Part shown: positions 1-12,832 of the stretch, one piece after another
Layout: every line of letters starts with the position of its first letter
Position numbering within the stretch: position 1 is the first letter of the stretch
Source: Callorhinchus milii
Lineage: Eukaryota
NCBI RefSeq assembly: GCF_018977255.1
Contig: NW_024704743.1
Span: forward strand, 106,828,001 to 106,892,000
Length of the DNA stretch: 64,000 nt
Reading direction: 5' to 3'
Made by a program: the position numbers and the translations under genes
Notes under the pieces: model-generated
Databases searched by the model: none
What the model was told of the DNA's origin: nothing
What the model saw: the letters and a program-made list of their open reading frames with translations, nothing else

Positions 1-478
1 TACATTTAAATAATTATTCTCTTTCTAAAGTTAAGTGATGTGATTTACATATGGATTAATCTACAGTTTCACATCATAAGACTCACAGGACCAATTCAAC
101 ACATTGCATTATTTCAGTACGATTTTTAATTATTCAAATGATCTGATCTGACATGATTTGGTCCCAAGAGGTGAAGGGAGGACATTTTATCCTACCCTCA
201 ACAAACTTTTACTGTTCACTAAAACTGCTTAGAGGCAGGCAGGTAAGGAAAACAAAGGAAGACTGAACTTGCATTTTTATAGCATCTTTGCACTTTGAAA
301 TGCCTGGAAGTTCTTAACAGTAGTTAATATTCCTTGTGTTTCATATAGTGTCTGGAACATTGAAACATCTCAAAGCATTTCACAGATAAAGTCACAAGAG
401 GATTCGGATGAAGAAGGTCCTCAGGCCCTTTAGATTTCATCATGAATATCCACTATATCATCCTCCTATTAAACATCA

Positions 479-776
479 TACTTGCTTTGCAAGTGAGAGA
501 CCTGAGTTCAATTCCAGGCAGGGCGAAACCTTGGGAAAGTTTCCTTACTCCACATGCTTAATAATAATCCCTCCAAAAAAACAAAACAATAATAAATTAG
601 TCATTTTCAATCCAGGACTGTTTGTGGGACATTGCTGTGTGCAATTGGCTGCCGCGTTCGCCCACAAATATACAGTCAATTCACTTTGCAGTGTGTTCTG
701 TGAAGCGCTTTGGGACGTCCTCCTGACGTGAAAAGTGCTATATCAAATGCAAGGATTATTATTATTATTATTATTA
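479..776 (+). mobile_element. Young tRNA-derived SINE, 5'-truncated copy
   Basis: B-box GAGTTCAATTCC, body near-identical to 46148-46467, L2-like 3' hairpin and (TTA)n tail. Confidence 0.9.
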
Positions 777-779
777 CTG

Positions 780-950
780 CTTTCAACCACCCTTCCTGGT
801 ATCCTGTCCCAGTCATTAATTACCCTCTGGGTAAAAAAAAGCTTCCTGGTGTCTATCCTGAAATTGCTCTTCACAACTCAAAACCTATGTTCTCTTGTTC
901 TACTATCTCAGTGCATCCAAAAACAATACTGCCAAGTGTAGTAAATGTTT
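780..950 (-). mobile_element. Old CR1 LINE 3' fragment
   Basis: Reverse complement resembles the CR1 ORF2 C-terminal region (FFTQRVINDW-type) also seen at 47700-47800. Confidence 0.55.
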
Positions 951-1399
951 TGAGCAGACATGTTAGGTTCCCATAAACCGTTGGGTTTGAAGGTGAGTGA
1001 CAAAATTATCTGGAGGATTATTATCCAGGATAACAGGAGAAATCTTTAACATCCACCTGAATAGGCAGATGGGACCTTGGCTTAACATCTCATCCAAAGG
1101 GCAACAACTTCGACAATGCTAGAATGTTAGGCCATCTTATGAACTCAAAGGAGTGCAGTGCATTGCCAGTATGTGTGGGCACAATTCACTGAATTAAAAT
1201 AAACACTTCCTGATATTGCAAAGTTGTTTTTAAGCTGTTACCAGTGATTTGGGATACCCTCCCGACCTGAAAGGAGCTATATAAATCTAAATTAAATACC
1301 ATTCAGTACACAATGAGAGATGTATTTCAGACACATCGGGGTTAAAGGCAATATACAACACAGGGTTGATTTTCCACAGATAAAAAAACATATCTCAAA

Positions 1400-1660
1400 T
1401 AATCTTTGCATTTGCCTTATCATGACATCTCAAAGCACTTCACAGGAATTGCTATAAAGTTTAATGACTATTTATAGGCAATTGGCACACAGCAATGTCC
1501 CACCAACAGCCAGGAAGTGAATGACTAATTCTATCTGGGAAATCATTGGCCAGCTATTAGCTCCCTTCTCTTTTCAAATAGTGGCATGGATCTTTAACAT
1601 CCACCTGAACTGGAGATGAGGCTTGTTTCATCTGAAGGATGACATATCTGACAATGCAAT
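1400..1660 (-). mobile_element. Old DeuSINE/SacSINE1-like SINE fragment
   Basis: GGATCTTTAACATCCACCTGAAC and the tail match 12373-12832 in reverse. Confidence 0.7.
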
Positions 1661-4024
1661 CCAGTGCAACAGCTTCCAACATATTGAACTTTTCTCTCTG
1701 CCTTCCACATAAATAGGGGGAAAATCATTGATGGGGTGGAAGGGGAATATTTATGCCTCCGAATGGTGTTCGTTTCACTTCTTCGATTGAGATTGTTGGA
1801 TTATTTCCGGGCCAGGGATGATTCGGAGACATGTAAAACTCTTAATTGCGTATAGAAATCACGTTAGATAATGTCGCTGATTTGAGTGAATAAATGCTGA
1901 GCATTTGAGTAGTTCAGATAGTCGGCATGTCAGTTTGCTGTTCAGCTCCCCCACATCTTAACAACCCAGCTGCACAGGAGCAGTTCTCTCCCAGAGAAGG
2001 GGTAAGTGTTCCCATTAAACTGACAATGCAGGCAAAATGTGATTGACACTTCAAAAGTCCATTACATATTGCACAGTGATTTTTTTTCTACTGCAACATA
2101 ATGTGTCTTGAATATTTCCCCGAGGAGTACCACATCCTGTAGTTGTATTAATGTCAGTCATATTAGTATCTCATTTAACGGGGAAAATGAATGACAAATA
2201 AAAAGAGTTGTTTACTCTAAAACCTCCCCCGAGGGAATCTCCTATTGTTCTGTGACCTGTGGCAGCCACTTATAATTAAAGAGCATTGTGCTTTTTTCAA
2301 ACGTGTATCTGAATCTCTCTCTGGGTAATCTGTCTGCTTGTCATATTTTCATGCTGGATTTGGTGTTCAGAAAAACAGTGATAGCGGTACCAGACACGTA
2401 ATCATTAAATGGTTGACATCTTGACGGTAAACTACTTATTAAATGCTTCACATGCCAATTATGTACACCTTATATTTTCCAAAATGCAGTGGCCCGGCCC
2501 CAACCCCTGCCGCCAGCCATAAGTGAGAGAAGATAGAGATCCTAAAAAGAGACATTAATTTTCACTTACATTTTCCATTGATGTAGGTGGAACATTTACG
2601 TTGAAAGCCCAACCAGATTCTCGGCAATGTGATAAGGTGCTGTATCTACTGCAAGGATTATAATAACCATTCTTTAGTTATTCGCTGGTTTGATCACAAT
2701 TTTCTATGCTAATCATGTGATAATTAGCACATCACAGGATAAAACCTCCTTGCAGTATTATGAGCATCGCCAAAGGCAATGTCACCACGAATGAGATTAA
2801 ATTCACATATCACCAATGGCGATAACCAGTAGACTGTACAGAATTTTTATCCCCATGTCTCAATTATCACCCCCATTATTCAAACAAGGAAGTTAAATTT
2901 CTTTATTCAACTTCTCCTAATACCGCTTTTATTGGATTTACAAGCATTTGATCAAAACATTACACTATCAGTTAGAGTAAGGTTGACAATACAACCATAA
3001 AAAGGTCATTAGTCTTAGTTGATTGAGATATTGAGTATTTTCCAACAGGCACAGCGATTATTATATTTTTACTGTAGCCTTGCCTCGTGCCTTCATAGGG
3101 TCAGCCTATGTCAGTCATAAGAGGGCATGAGGACATAATGCCATGTTTCTCCCTGTAAACACATGCTTGTTTTTAAGTCAGAAGATTCTCTGATTGTTTT
3201 ACTATTCAAAATATGTTGTAACTTTCTAAAGCTAACTGATCAATTTTAAACAATGCACATTGGGGTCTAAAATGCAGCAATTTCAATCAGGGTGTTTTTC
3301 TTAACAAGGCCTGCAAATAACAAATGATCCATGTCCACTAGCCAGAGGTATGTCAAGCAGACTAGGGGAAGCTCTGCTCCTCATTCACATCAGAATGGAG
3401 TTTCCTTAGGTGCAAGTCATGTATTTCCAGTTACTTGAAGAAATCCCCATTTGCTACTTGCAGACTTTATTGAAATTGTTGTGGTTTTAAAGATCACTGA
3501 TAATGACACACCATAAAATATTCATGCAGCACAAATTTTGCCTTGATAAATTTCCGTTACATGCAGCAAGCAAGTTATTTTGAAAATTGAATATATATGC
3601 AAATCACGAATGGCTTGGATTCTTCGCATTTGCAAAATCTTTGCAGCAAATGTTAATGTTAATTTTATTGAACAAAGTGAATTTGAAAACTAAATTTAAA
3701 AAACCTTTTTTTCTGAAGAAGTTTATCCCTTGGTACAATCTACTCCTGAAATTCTAATTTTAAACTACCGAACTGGGTATATAGAACATCCTTGATGGAA
3801 CAGAGTATATTTTATATATATTTTGCATATCTGCACTTTACAGTGTATCCTGTTAAGCGCTTTGAGACGTTGTGATGACACGCTAAGGCGCTATATCAAA
3901 TGCAAGGATTAATATTATTATTTTACAGCATATAGTTTTATGATGCAATTGAGCACTCTTGCCTCAAGCTCACTTGAAATTCTTCACCACAAAAATTGGT
4001 CAGAAAAAGTTCTTGAGATGTTTC

Positions 4025-4320
4025 ATAATATAATAATCCTTCCATTTTGTATTATCCCTTATCTCATCACCAAAATGTCTCAAAGATTTACCGTAAAGTG
4101 TAGTAACTGCATTTTGTAGGCGAACAGGGCAGCTAATTTCCACACAGCAATATCCCATAAAGAGCCATGAAATAAATAATCAGTTTTATCTGGGGGGATG
4201 CGGGGTATTATTGGCCAGGACACCAAGAGAAATTCTCTTCTCTTTTGGAATAGTGCGATGGGATCTTTATCGTCCACCTGAACAGGCAGAAGGGACCTTG
4301 GTTTAACATCTCATTTAAAG
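4025..4320 (-). mobile_element. Old DeuSINE/SacSINE1-like SINE fragment
   Basis: Reverse complement of the Deu-like core GATGTTAAACCAAGGTCCC...CAGGTGGACG...AAAGATCCCAT plus tail. Confidence 0.75.
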
Positions 4321-4782
4321 TGAGAAGGCAATGTATCAAATAAGGATTACTATTAGTAATTTCATGTAGCGCCAATACAGGCAACACACACTAACAACAA
4401 CAACAATAACAACAAAATTATATTTGTATAACACATTTCACGTCGGGAGGATGTCCCAAGGCGCTGGACAGACAGAGTTACGGACCTGAGCTGGGGGGAA
4501 GCAGGGAGTTCAAAAGCACGGTCGAAGCGGAAGGTCTTGAGATGGTGGCAGGTGGAGGGATGGAGTTCCAGAGGGTGGGGCCGAGTGGTGGAATGCCTGT
4601 CCGACAATAGTGGGGCGAGCGAGGCGGGGACATGAAGCAGGCCGAAGCCCGCTGAGCGGAGGGAGCAAGTAGGATGGTAGGGATTAGGAGGTTGCAGAGA
4701 TAGGGGGGAAGCAAGACCTTGGAGGGCTTTGAAGGTGAGGACCAGGATCGTGAACTGTATCCTCTGTGTGAGGATACTATAT

Positions 4783-4955
4783 CTCTCTTCGATCGTGCCT
4801 TCGATCACCTTCCCACCTCTTTGCCTTCCCTCACCCCTACCCCACCCCTCCCTCATGTTCAGGTCCTAACGCCTGATCATCCAGCGCCTTGGGACATCTT
4901 CCCGAGGTGAAAGGTGCTCTATAAATGTAATTTTTATGTTGTTGTTGTTGTTGTT
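4783..4955 (+). mobile_element. Short L2 3'-end insertion nested antisense in the larger L2
   Basis: CAGCGCCTTGGGACATCTTCCCGAGGTGAAAGGTGCT followed by (TTG)n; the host L2 resumes on either side. Confidence 0.85.
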
Positions 4956-5085
4956 TTTCTAATGGGAAGCTAGTGGAGTTGGGCAAGGATGGGAGTTATA
5001 GGGTCTCGGAGTTCAGTGCAGGAGAGGAAACGGGCTGCAGAGTTCTGGATGATCTGCAGCCTGTGGAGGGAGGAGTTGGGGAGGG

Positions 5086-5527
5086 CGTGAGGGGACTGAC
5101 CTATGAGGATAGGCTGAATAAACTAGGTCTATATTCTCTAGAGTACAGAAGAATTAGGGGAGATCTTATTGAAACATATAAGATTCTTAAAGGGCTGGAT
5201 AAAATAGACACTGAGGGTCTGTTTCCCCTGGTAGGAGAATCTATAACCAGGGGTCACAGTCTTAAAATTAAGGGTCAGCCTTTTAGAACAGAGTTGAGGG
5301 ACCATTTCTTCACTCAGAAGGCTGTAGATGCTCAGTCCTTGAACATCTTCAAGGCTGAGACTGATAGATTTTTTAAAAATAGAGGGTTTAGGGGATATGG
5401 GGATAGGGCAGGTAATTAGAGTTAGGTCAGAAGATCAGCCATGATCTTATCGAATGGCGGGGCAGGCTCGAGGGGCCAAATGGCCTACTTCTGCTCCTAA
5501 TTCTTGTGTTCTTATGTTCTTATGTTC
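5086..5527 (+). mobile_element. CR1 LINE 3' fragment nested in L2
   Basis: Translation GLTYEDRLNKLGLYSLEYRRIRGDLIETYKILKG; 3' UTR GGGCCAAATGGCCTACT; 8-bp TTCTTATG tail repeats. Confidence 0.93.
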
Positions 5528-8309
5528 AAGCAGTGAGTTTGCATAGTCGAGCCTTCATGTAATGAAGGCATGTATGAGGGTTTCGGCGGCCTGTGATGTG
5601 AGACAGTGGTGGAACCAGGCAACGACGCAGAGGTGGAGTACGGCAGAGTGGGTAATGGTGCAGATGTGGGGTAAAAAGAATAGTTAAGAGTCAAACAAGA
5701 CCCCAAGTGTAAGGTGGAGTGCTCAACCATAGATCCTGTCAGCCCCTGAGTTGAGGAGGCGGTGACGGGAGCTAATCAGGAGAGTCTCAGTCTTGTTGAC
5801 ATTCAACAAGAAAGTTAGCTCCCATCCAGGGCTTGATGTCTGACAGACATTCAGTCAGGACAGCAGTGGTCCTGGAGTCAAGGGTGGAGGCAGAGGGGTA
5901 GAATTGGATGTCATCCGCATACATGTGCAAGTTGACTCCATGTCTGTGGATGATATCACCAAGAGGGAGCATATAGATATTGAAGAGGAGGGAACCAAGG
6001 ACAGAGCTCTGAGGAACTCTGCACGAGTCGGTGCGAGGGCTGAAGGAGAAACTGTTTGTGGAGATGAAGTGGAGGCGGTGTGAGAGGTATGATCTGAACC
6101 AGTCAAGTACTGAGCCGTGGAGCTTGAGGTGAGAGGGGAGGCGGTGGAAGAGAATAGAATGGTCGAGGGTGTCGAAAGCAGCAGAGAGGTCAAGGAGGAC
6201 AAGGAGGCAGAGGGAGCCCTGGTCGCAAATGGACAGAATGTAATTTGTCACTTTGACCAGGGCTGTTTCTATGCTGTGGGCAGCATGGATATCCGATTGG
6301 AGGGGTTCAAGAAGGGAGTGGCGGGAGAGGAAGGAGCAAAGCTGAGAAGCAACAACTCATTCCAGGACCTTGGAGAGGAAGGAGCGGTTGGAGATAGGGT
6401 GGTAGTTAGAGAGTAGAGAAGGATCCAGGGAGGGTTTGGCAGTAAAGTAAAGACTTTACTGCCATCAGATTGGGTTGGATTCAAATCCAGGCCAGAGAAG
6501 ACAAAGGTCTATGCCCAACCTATTACATATCTGATCCCTGGTGATGCAATGTTTGTGAGGCCAGAATAAATTTTCTAAAACTTTCTTTTTTGCACAAGGC
6601 TGTTTTATGACTCATGCCAAGAATAACATCATTCATATCCTGTATACCAGCATTGCCAAATATATATTTTTTGAAGCTCCAACAAATGCTAGGGTAAGTA
6701 GAGAACAAGGTCCGCAAAGAGACTGGAACATTGGCTTTAGCACTGGGAACTCAACTCAATTCAAATCCATTCCAGATGGGATTGACTGACTCACTGTTGG
6801 CTGTTGTGCTGCAATATGCAATTACTTAGGGTAATAATAATGTTTAAATTTGATATAGCACCTTTCATGTAGATGTAAGTCTTAAAGTGCTTCACATGAT
6901 GAATTGTAAACTGTAGGTCTGTATTTTGTACTATCATGATGTGCGCAAATTGCCTGACGAATGCCCCTACAATATGACCAATTTTATTTGGGGGATTGTT
7001 GCCCAGGCAATCAGGAGAAACACTTTTCTCTTTTCTCTTTTCAAATAGTGTCATGGCTGTGGAAAGAGCTAAAAGCCAAGCCAAATCCAAATTGCTTGAG
7101 CGCAGTTCTTCAAATGAGGCTATATTTTACTAACAAATGATCATTTTTAAATGGTTTTTGTTTTAGTGCTGGAGAGTTTACCAACAGCTGCGTCTTCGTA
7201 AAACATGCCAGCAGTTGCTGAAATGAATGTACTTGGCTAACTTACAGGTGCTCGTAGACTTTCAGCTGTCATAGGAATCACAAACATATGAAAGTCAGAA
7301 AGAAAGAGAGAAAGAGTTCAGTACAGAGGAAGCTGAGGATTTATTACACAGCCAGACAGGCCTCAACTATGTTTCTGTGTACACAGTGATTTCATTCCAT
7401 TGGGGAATTTGCTAAAATTATACTAACAGTCAGCAAAGATGTCAAACTTTGTTCTCAATGTGTACATTCAGAGTGCTGAAGCAGATATCACAAGATCACA
7501 TGTGTTTGCAAAGTAAATTAAAGTACAACAAAGCAAACGTAATCTTATCAAAACTCCGATTAACGCAAAAAATAAATACTGAGCAGTTTCCAGAAATGTA
7601 CTTTTATTTAAGCAAAGATCAGCGACAAATGTAATTTGATGCACCAGTAGTTATTTGGCTTCTGCCTCTGAATGGATCATGTAATTGAAGTGTTGAAATC
7701 ACATGTTTTTTTGCCTGGGAGACAGAACATCATTGGGGGTAAAATTCCATTTGGGTCTAGATTTGCTCTATTAACATAGCATTTCAGAGCATCCAGAATT
7801 TGATAATTCTTGCATAAAATCTTGATTTTGAAAGCAGTTGTTTCATCTGTTCCAATGCTATCCATACATTAAGTACAGTCACAACAACAAATTGCATTTA
7901 TAAAGCACCCTTCACCATCTCGAAGTACTTAATAATGTAAGACAAGATAATAATGACATTGGAAAGATGAGAAACAAAGCAGCAAATATATGGTAGTTCG
8001 TGTTGGAGCAGTACCTTTAAACACTTACCACCAGAGAACTGTCCTAAGTGCTTTAATGTCCATGATTGTGAAAATAATGTCCCCTATACGTGTTAAACTT
8101 TTTTTAAGATGTTAATTTAGCAAATTGAAAGTAGTACAATATAATAACTATAATCATAATAATTATAATTATCAATTTCACAATGTGCAGACCTGCCTGA
8201 CCAATACAGCCATTTGTGACATCCTATTTGATGTAGGGACGAAAGAGAAGAAGGAGGCCATTCAGCCCATGGAGTCTGTTCCACGAGTTTCACCAAGATT
8301 TTGGCAGAT

Positions 8310-8570
8310 TTTATAATCCCAATGCTCGGCCCACCCTTTAATTTATACCCCTTTCGGGCATTATGCCCCAAAGTTTTGGAACTCTCTCTCTCAAACCCTC
8401 CACCTTGTCCCCTCCTTTCCCTCTTTTAGATCATAACTGAACACCGTCATCTTTGACCGGTCTTTGCCAGTCACCTCCTCCCCCCAGCTCAATGTCAGGC
8501 TCTGCCACTGTTAAGCGCTCCAAGACACTTCCTCACATGAAAGGCACTATATAAAAGCAAGATGTTGTTG
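8310..8570 (+). mobile_element. Older L2 family 3' fragment (GCCACTGTTAAGC-type end)
   Basis: Same terminal sequence as 11480-11890 and 8740-8850; TTGTTG tail. Confidence 0.7.
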
Positions 8571-10290
8571 TAGTATCTCTGCTAACCTAAGCGATATAAA
8601 ACAAAACTGAATACATACTTTCAATGATTTTTATCTTTATTTGAATAACTTATTTTTATTATCTCTATCCCCTTCTTCCATTCCCACCTGTTTCCATCAC
8701 CTCACACAGCTATATTATCCTCCTTGGCAGTGAGAACAGGATGTGCAATCCACAGACACTGCCCATTCCCTCTCCCCCTGGCTCAGGGTCAGACTCCACC
8801 ACTGCTACCCTGTGTGAAGGGTGCTACATAAATGCACGTTGTTGTTATTGTATCCCGTTCCTTGGCCAGTTCTCCATTAGGTGAACAGGGATATTGGCCC
8901 TGATTCCCTAGAGAACTGAGCTGAAACAAGCAAACCACGGTCCCTAGCAGAACCCCAATGGGATGTCAGTCAAGAGCAGTAATAACACTGAAGTTTGAGT
9001 ACAAACAATGCAGCTTTGACTTTCTCCATTGTCATTTTACTTTTAATAAAGCAAACTAAACAGTAGGCAGATCTGCAAAGGCTCTTCACATATGTCCTTG
9101 ACAGAAATATGATCCATGGTAAGCTATGTTTGAGATTTTATTACACATTTGTTTTATTGTATGTTTCCATTTAATTCCCCCTTCACAGAGGCTTATATAA
9201 GTTTGGAAACATCTGTTAGTCCTTCGAAGCCTGCATTAGTAATTCTGCCTCCTTTCCAAAACTAACACACAACTTTCATTTTCCCATGCTGTACTGTAAA
9301 CACAGGCATGGTCATGCATCTTGCACATTATTCTGTGTCTCTGTGGCCTCTGGTCGAGTGTAAACTTTACCATAATAGCAGTCTTCAAACTGCTGCGATC
9401 ACTTCTACAGAGTTAAATTTTGGTGAAGGAACTGGAGGCACAAATCAATTAAGCAATAAAACACAAAACAACAACTTGCATTTATAAAGGGCCCTTCATT
9501 AGGGTAAAGTCTCAGAGCACTTTACAGGAATGGGGTTGGATGCTAAGCAAGGTGGAGGTGGCCATGGGTGCAATATGAAGAGGATTTGAGGCAGGAATTC
9601 GAGAGAAAGAGAGGGGACGAGATGGAGTAATAGAGGATGGGGTAGCAGAAATTTTGTTCAAAAATATTAAGCATGTGAAAAATATTATTTGAACATATTT
9701 CAAACTTCCTGGCTTTGGGCCATGCAAAATTCAGAGTATTCCAGAACAGAATCAGCTGGTTTTCATCAGTGAAAATACTTGAGCGAACATTAATACAGTA
9801 TGCATTTAAACCTCCCAACCACATTATATTCCTGAATATACAATATGCCCATGGGAAATTCCATCATAAAATAAAAAAAAGATAGTTATTTATTAAAATT
9901 GACAGGTGTCTTCCGATTTAATTTTATTTTCTCTTTCATCATTTTGATTTCTTCTTTCTCATCTTAATTTCACTCATTGCTTGTGAGGCATTGATGGTAC
10001 AGACCAGCTTCTGTAACATAATGACATTTAAACGTTTCAATTTCAGTTCCAATATCCTCAATATGACAGTCGTGGGAATCAAACCAGGATTACAAGCTGG
10101 AAGGGTGAGAATTCTACAAATGTGCCATCAAAGCAGTACAGTGCAGGGTTAGGGATGTGCTGCATTGTTAGAGGAGTTGACCTTTGGATTAGACATTAAA
10201 CCGAAGTCTTGTCTGCATGTTCTGGTTGATGTTTTGCAAAACATATTGAAGCATCTTGAGCAATTTTTACATGATAAGGCGCTATATTTC

Positions 10291-10780
10291 TTGATTTCAA
10301 GATCCTCATCCTCACCTACAAGGCCATTCACGGCCTTGCTCCCTCCTACCTCTCCAACCTACTATCCCCCTACCTACCTGCCCGCACCCTCCGTTCCTCC
10401 GGCTCCGGTCTGCTCCACATCCCCCGCCCCAATCGCCCTACCATCGGCGGTCAGGCCTTCAGCCTCTCAGCCCCCAGGCTCTGGAACTCCATCCCCCAGT
10501 GCCTTCGCCTTGCTTCCTCCCTCTCCTCCTTCAAGGCCGGTCTCAAAACCTTTCTCTTTGACCGTGCCTTCAGCTCCCCTCTCGACTCTCTTCCCCCTCC
10601 TCGCTCCCTCCCTTCCCTCCCCTCACCCTGACCATTTCCCCCCTCCTCGCTCCCTCCCTTCCCTCCCCTCACCCTGACCATTTCCCCCCTGCTCGGGTCA
10701 TGACCCAACTGTGCAGCGCCTTGGGACGTCCTCCTGACGTGAAAGGCGCTTTATAAATGGAATCTTGTTGTTGTTGTTGT
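10291..10780 (+). mobile_element. Young L2 LINE 3' fragment
   Basis: Nearly identical to 17290-17820; two 45-46 bp 3' UTR repeats; terminal hairpin; (TTG)n. Confidence 0.95.
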
Positions 10781-11479
10781 ATATCAAAGGCAAGAACCTA
10801 CAATGTTATTATTTATTTTCACATCATCTTCCCATTCTTTGGTTGTTGTTAATCTTCGGTTTGAAAGGTCTCCTTCTGCGCTATACATTTCTATAATTCT
10901 CCAAATCTTGGCTCTGTCAGCCTTTTGTTTCATCTGGAAGTAAAGGGATCGCCTTGCATTACTATTTTGAAGAAAGATGGAGTCTTTCACCCAGTTAGCT
11001 TGATTTGTTAGCTTGATTGATTTATCCTAATCCCAATTTACCCACAATTTCAAATTAATTGGCTGCTCATCTCATTGTTGTTTGGGCTTGGGGCCTCAGA
11101 GTGTGTGTTGGGGTACTGCTAGAGTATAACCAGCTAAAACCACATAGCTCGCTATTGAAAGCACTGTCTAACAAGCTTCCCACTGCTTGTCCAGCTGGAC
11201 AACCCAACCCATTTTGATTTGCAGGTTTAACAGAAGATGAGTGGGAAGAATCCCTGCTCCTTGTCTGTCTCTCCAAATCTTACCAATGAGCCAACCTAGC
11301 CGTGCTGTCATTAGAAGTGCGCTGGAGTACTGCAGACCCGCCTGGCTCAGGAAGTGGACTACTGAGACCGCCACCGAGGCCTGGCTCGATTCTGACATTC
11401 CGTTGCCAAACACATCACCTTGGAGCCAGTTCAGCTCCAAGGAGATCCTGCTTACCTCCCTCTCAATAGATTAGATACT

Positions 11480-11890
11480 GTGTTTGCCTACCTACCAAGA
11501 CGCCCTAATCCCTTCAAATTCCTTCACTCCCTGGCACCTCTCTACCTCTCCGACCTCCTCACTCCCCAATCAACCACCTGGCGCCTCCGCTGAACTGGCA
11601 CTGGCTTCCTGCTTGTCCCTCGCACGCTCCACTCCACCATTGGCGGTCGTGCTTTCAGCCACTGCACCCCAAAACTCTGGAACACTCTCCCTCAATCCCT
11701 CCGGATTGCCCCCTCTCTCCGCTTTTTCAAGTCTGATCTGAAGACCTTCCTCTTCAACCGTGCTTAGTCGCCTCTCATCCCGCCCCCCCACCCCCGCCCC
11801 CGGCTCGGAGTCAGGCTTCGCCACTGTTAAGCACTCTGAGACACTACCCTGCGTGGAGGACGCTATATACAACAAGTTCTTGTTGTTGAT
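11480..11890 (+). mobile_element. Older L2 family 3' fragment
   Basis: Degenerate L2 C-terminus (TIGGRAFS-like), GCCACTGTTAAGCACTCTGAGAC end, TTGTTG tail. Confidence 0.8.
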
Positions 11891-12372
11891 TCATTTCTAA
11901 TCAATTATGTTTTGTAAAGAGCTTAAGTTATATGAAAGCGACTATATGAATGCAAGTTATGATAATTATGTTAGAACCCAATGTGTGGTTGCAAATGCAG
12001 CATTCTCAAACTGGTCGTTGTGATCATGCCAGCTTTTTGTTTTTGAGAGGCTTATTGGTCAAGAAACTTCCCGAAGGATTAAAAAAAATGTTGTAAAGCA
12101 AAACGGAGGCTGCAAAACAATTATTGAATGTTAAGGATTGTGATTTTTTTTGCAAATTTTCGCCAGCAGGGATTACGATAACATGACTAGGAGTCACCCT
12201 GCCTCAGATGATTATTAAAAAGTGCTCTCTCAAGTACTCGGATCTGTAAAGGCTTCACCGATATTCATTTGAACAGTAAAACGTATCATCTCAGTTGATC
12301 AACATGCCATTTAGACAGGAAGGCTTGCCAGTAAAGAAAAATGTATGAGTATGTAAGAACAACTAAACTAAG

Positions 12373-12832
12373 TGTCAGCCTAGCTCAGTTGTTAGCACTC
12401 TCACATCTGAGTCAGAAGGTTGTGGGTTCAAATCCCCTTCTGGGACTTTGAACTCACAGTCCAGACTGATGGTCCATTGGGATGCTGGGGCATGTGCTGC
12501 ATTGCTCGAGATGCCATTCTTTGAATAAGATGTTAAACTGAGGTCCCACACGCCTGACAGGCAGACTAGATGGCTAGATTTAACAAGAGAAGGGAGTTTC
12601 TCCTGGTGTCCTGGCCAACAATCCCCCAGTTGTAATTGATGATTCACTTCATGGCTGTTTGTGGGATATTACAGTGTGCAAATTGGCTGCTGCATTCGCC
12701 TACAAATACACAGTCACTTTATATTATCAAATGCAAAGATTATTATTATTACACAGTGAAAAAAAATTGTGAAATGTTTTGAGATGTCTAGATGATGTGC
12801 TACGGTGCTATATCAAATGCAAGGATTATTAA
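12373..12832 (+). mobile_element. Near full-length DeuSINE/SacSINE1-like SINE
   Basis: tRNA head TAGCTCAGTTG...GGTTCAAATCC; Deu-like core GATGTTAAACTGAGGTCC...CCTGGTGTCCTGGCCAA; L2-type tail. Confidence 0.85.

Larger units (their letters stand above)
4392..6440 (-). mobile_element. L2-clade LINE, 5'-truncated and frameshifted, interrupted by two nested insertions
   Basis: ORF 5787-6251 has RT motifs LLDLSAAFDT, VPQSSVLG, HMYADD; ORF 4362-4856 has the L2 C-terminus; (CAA)n tail at ~4393-4414. Confidence 0.93.

Noticed and set aside
1918..2007. Plus-strand exon ending GAAGGG|gtaagt (and similar isolated GTAAG sites at ~242, 6693, 9119, 55901, 56419)
   Set aside because: Isolated donor matches are expected by chance; the acceptors are weak and the peptides unrecognisable
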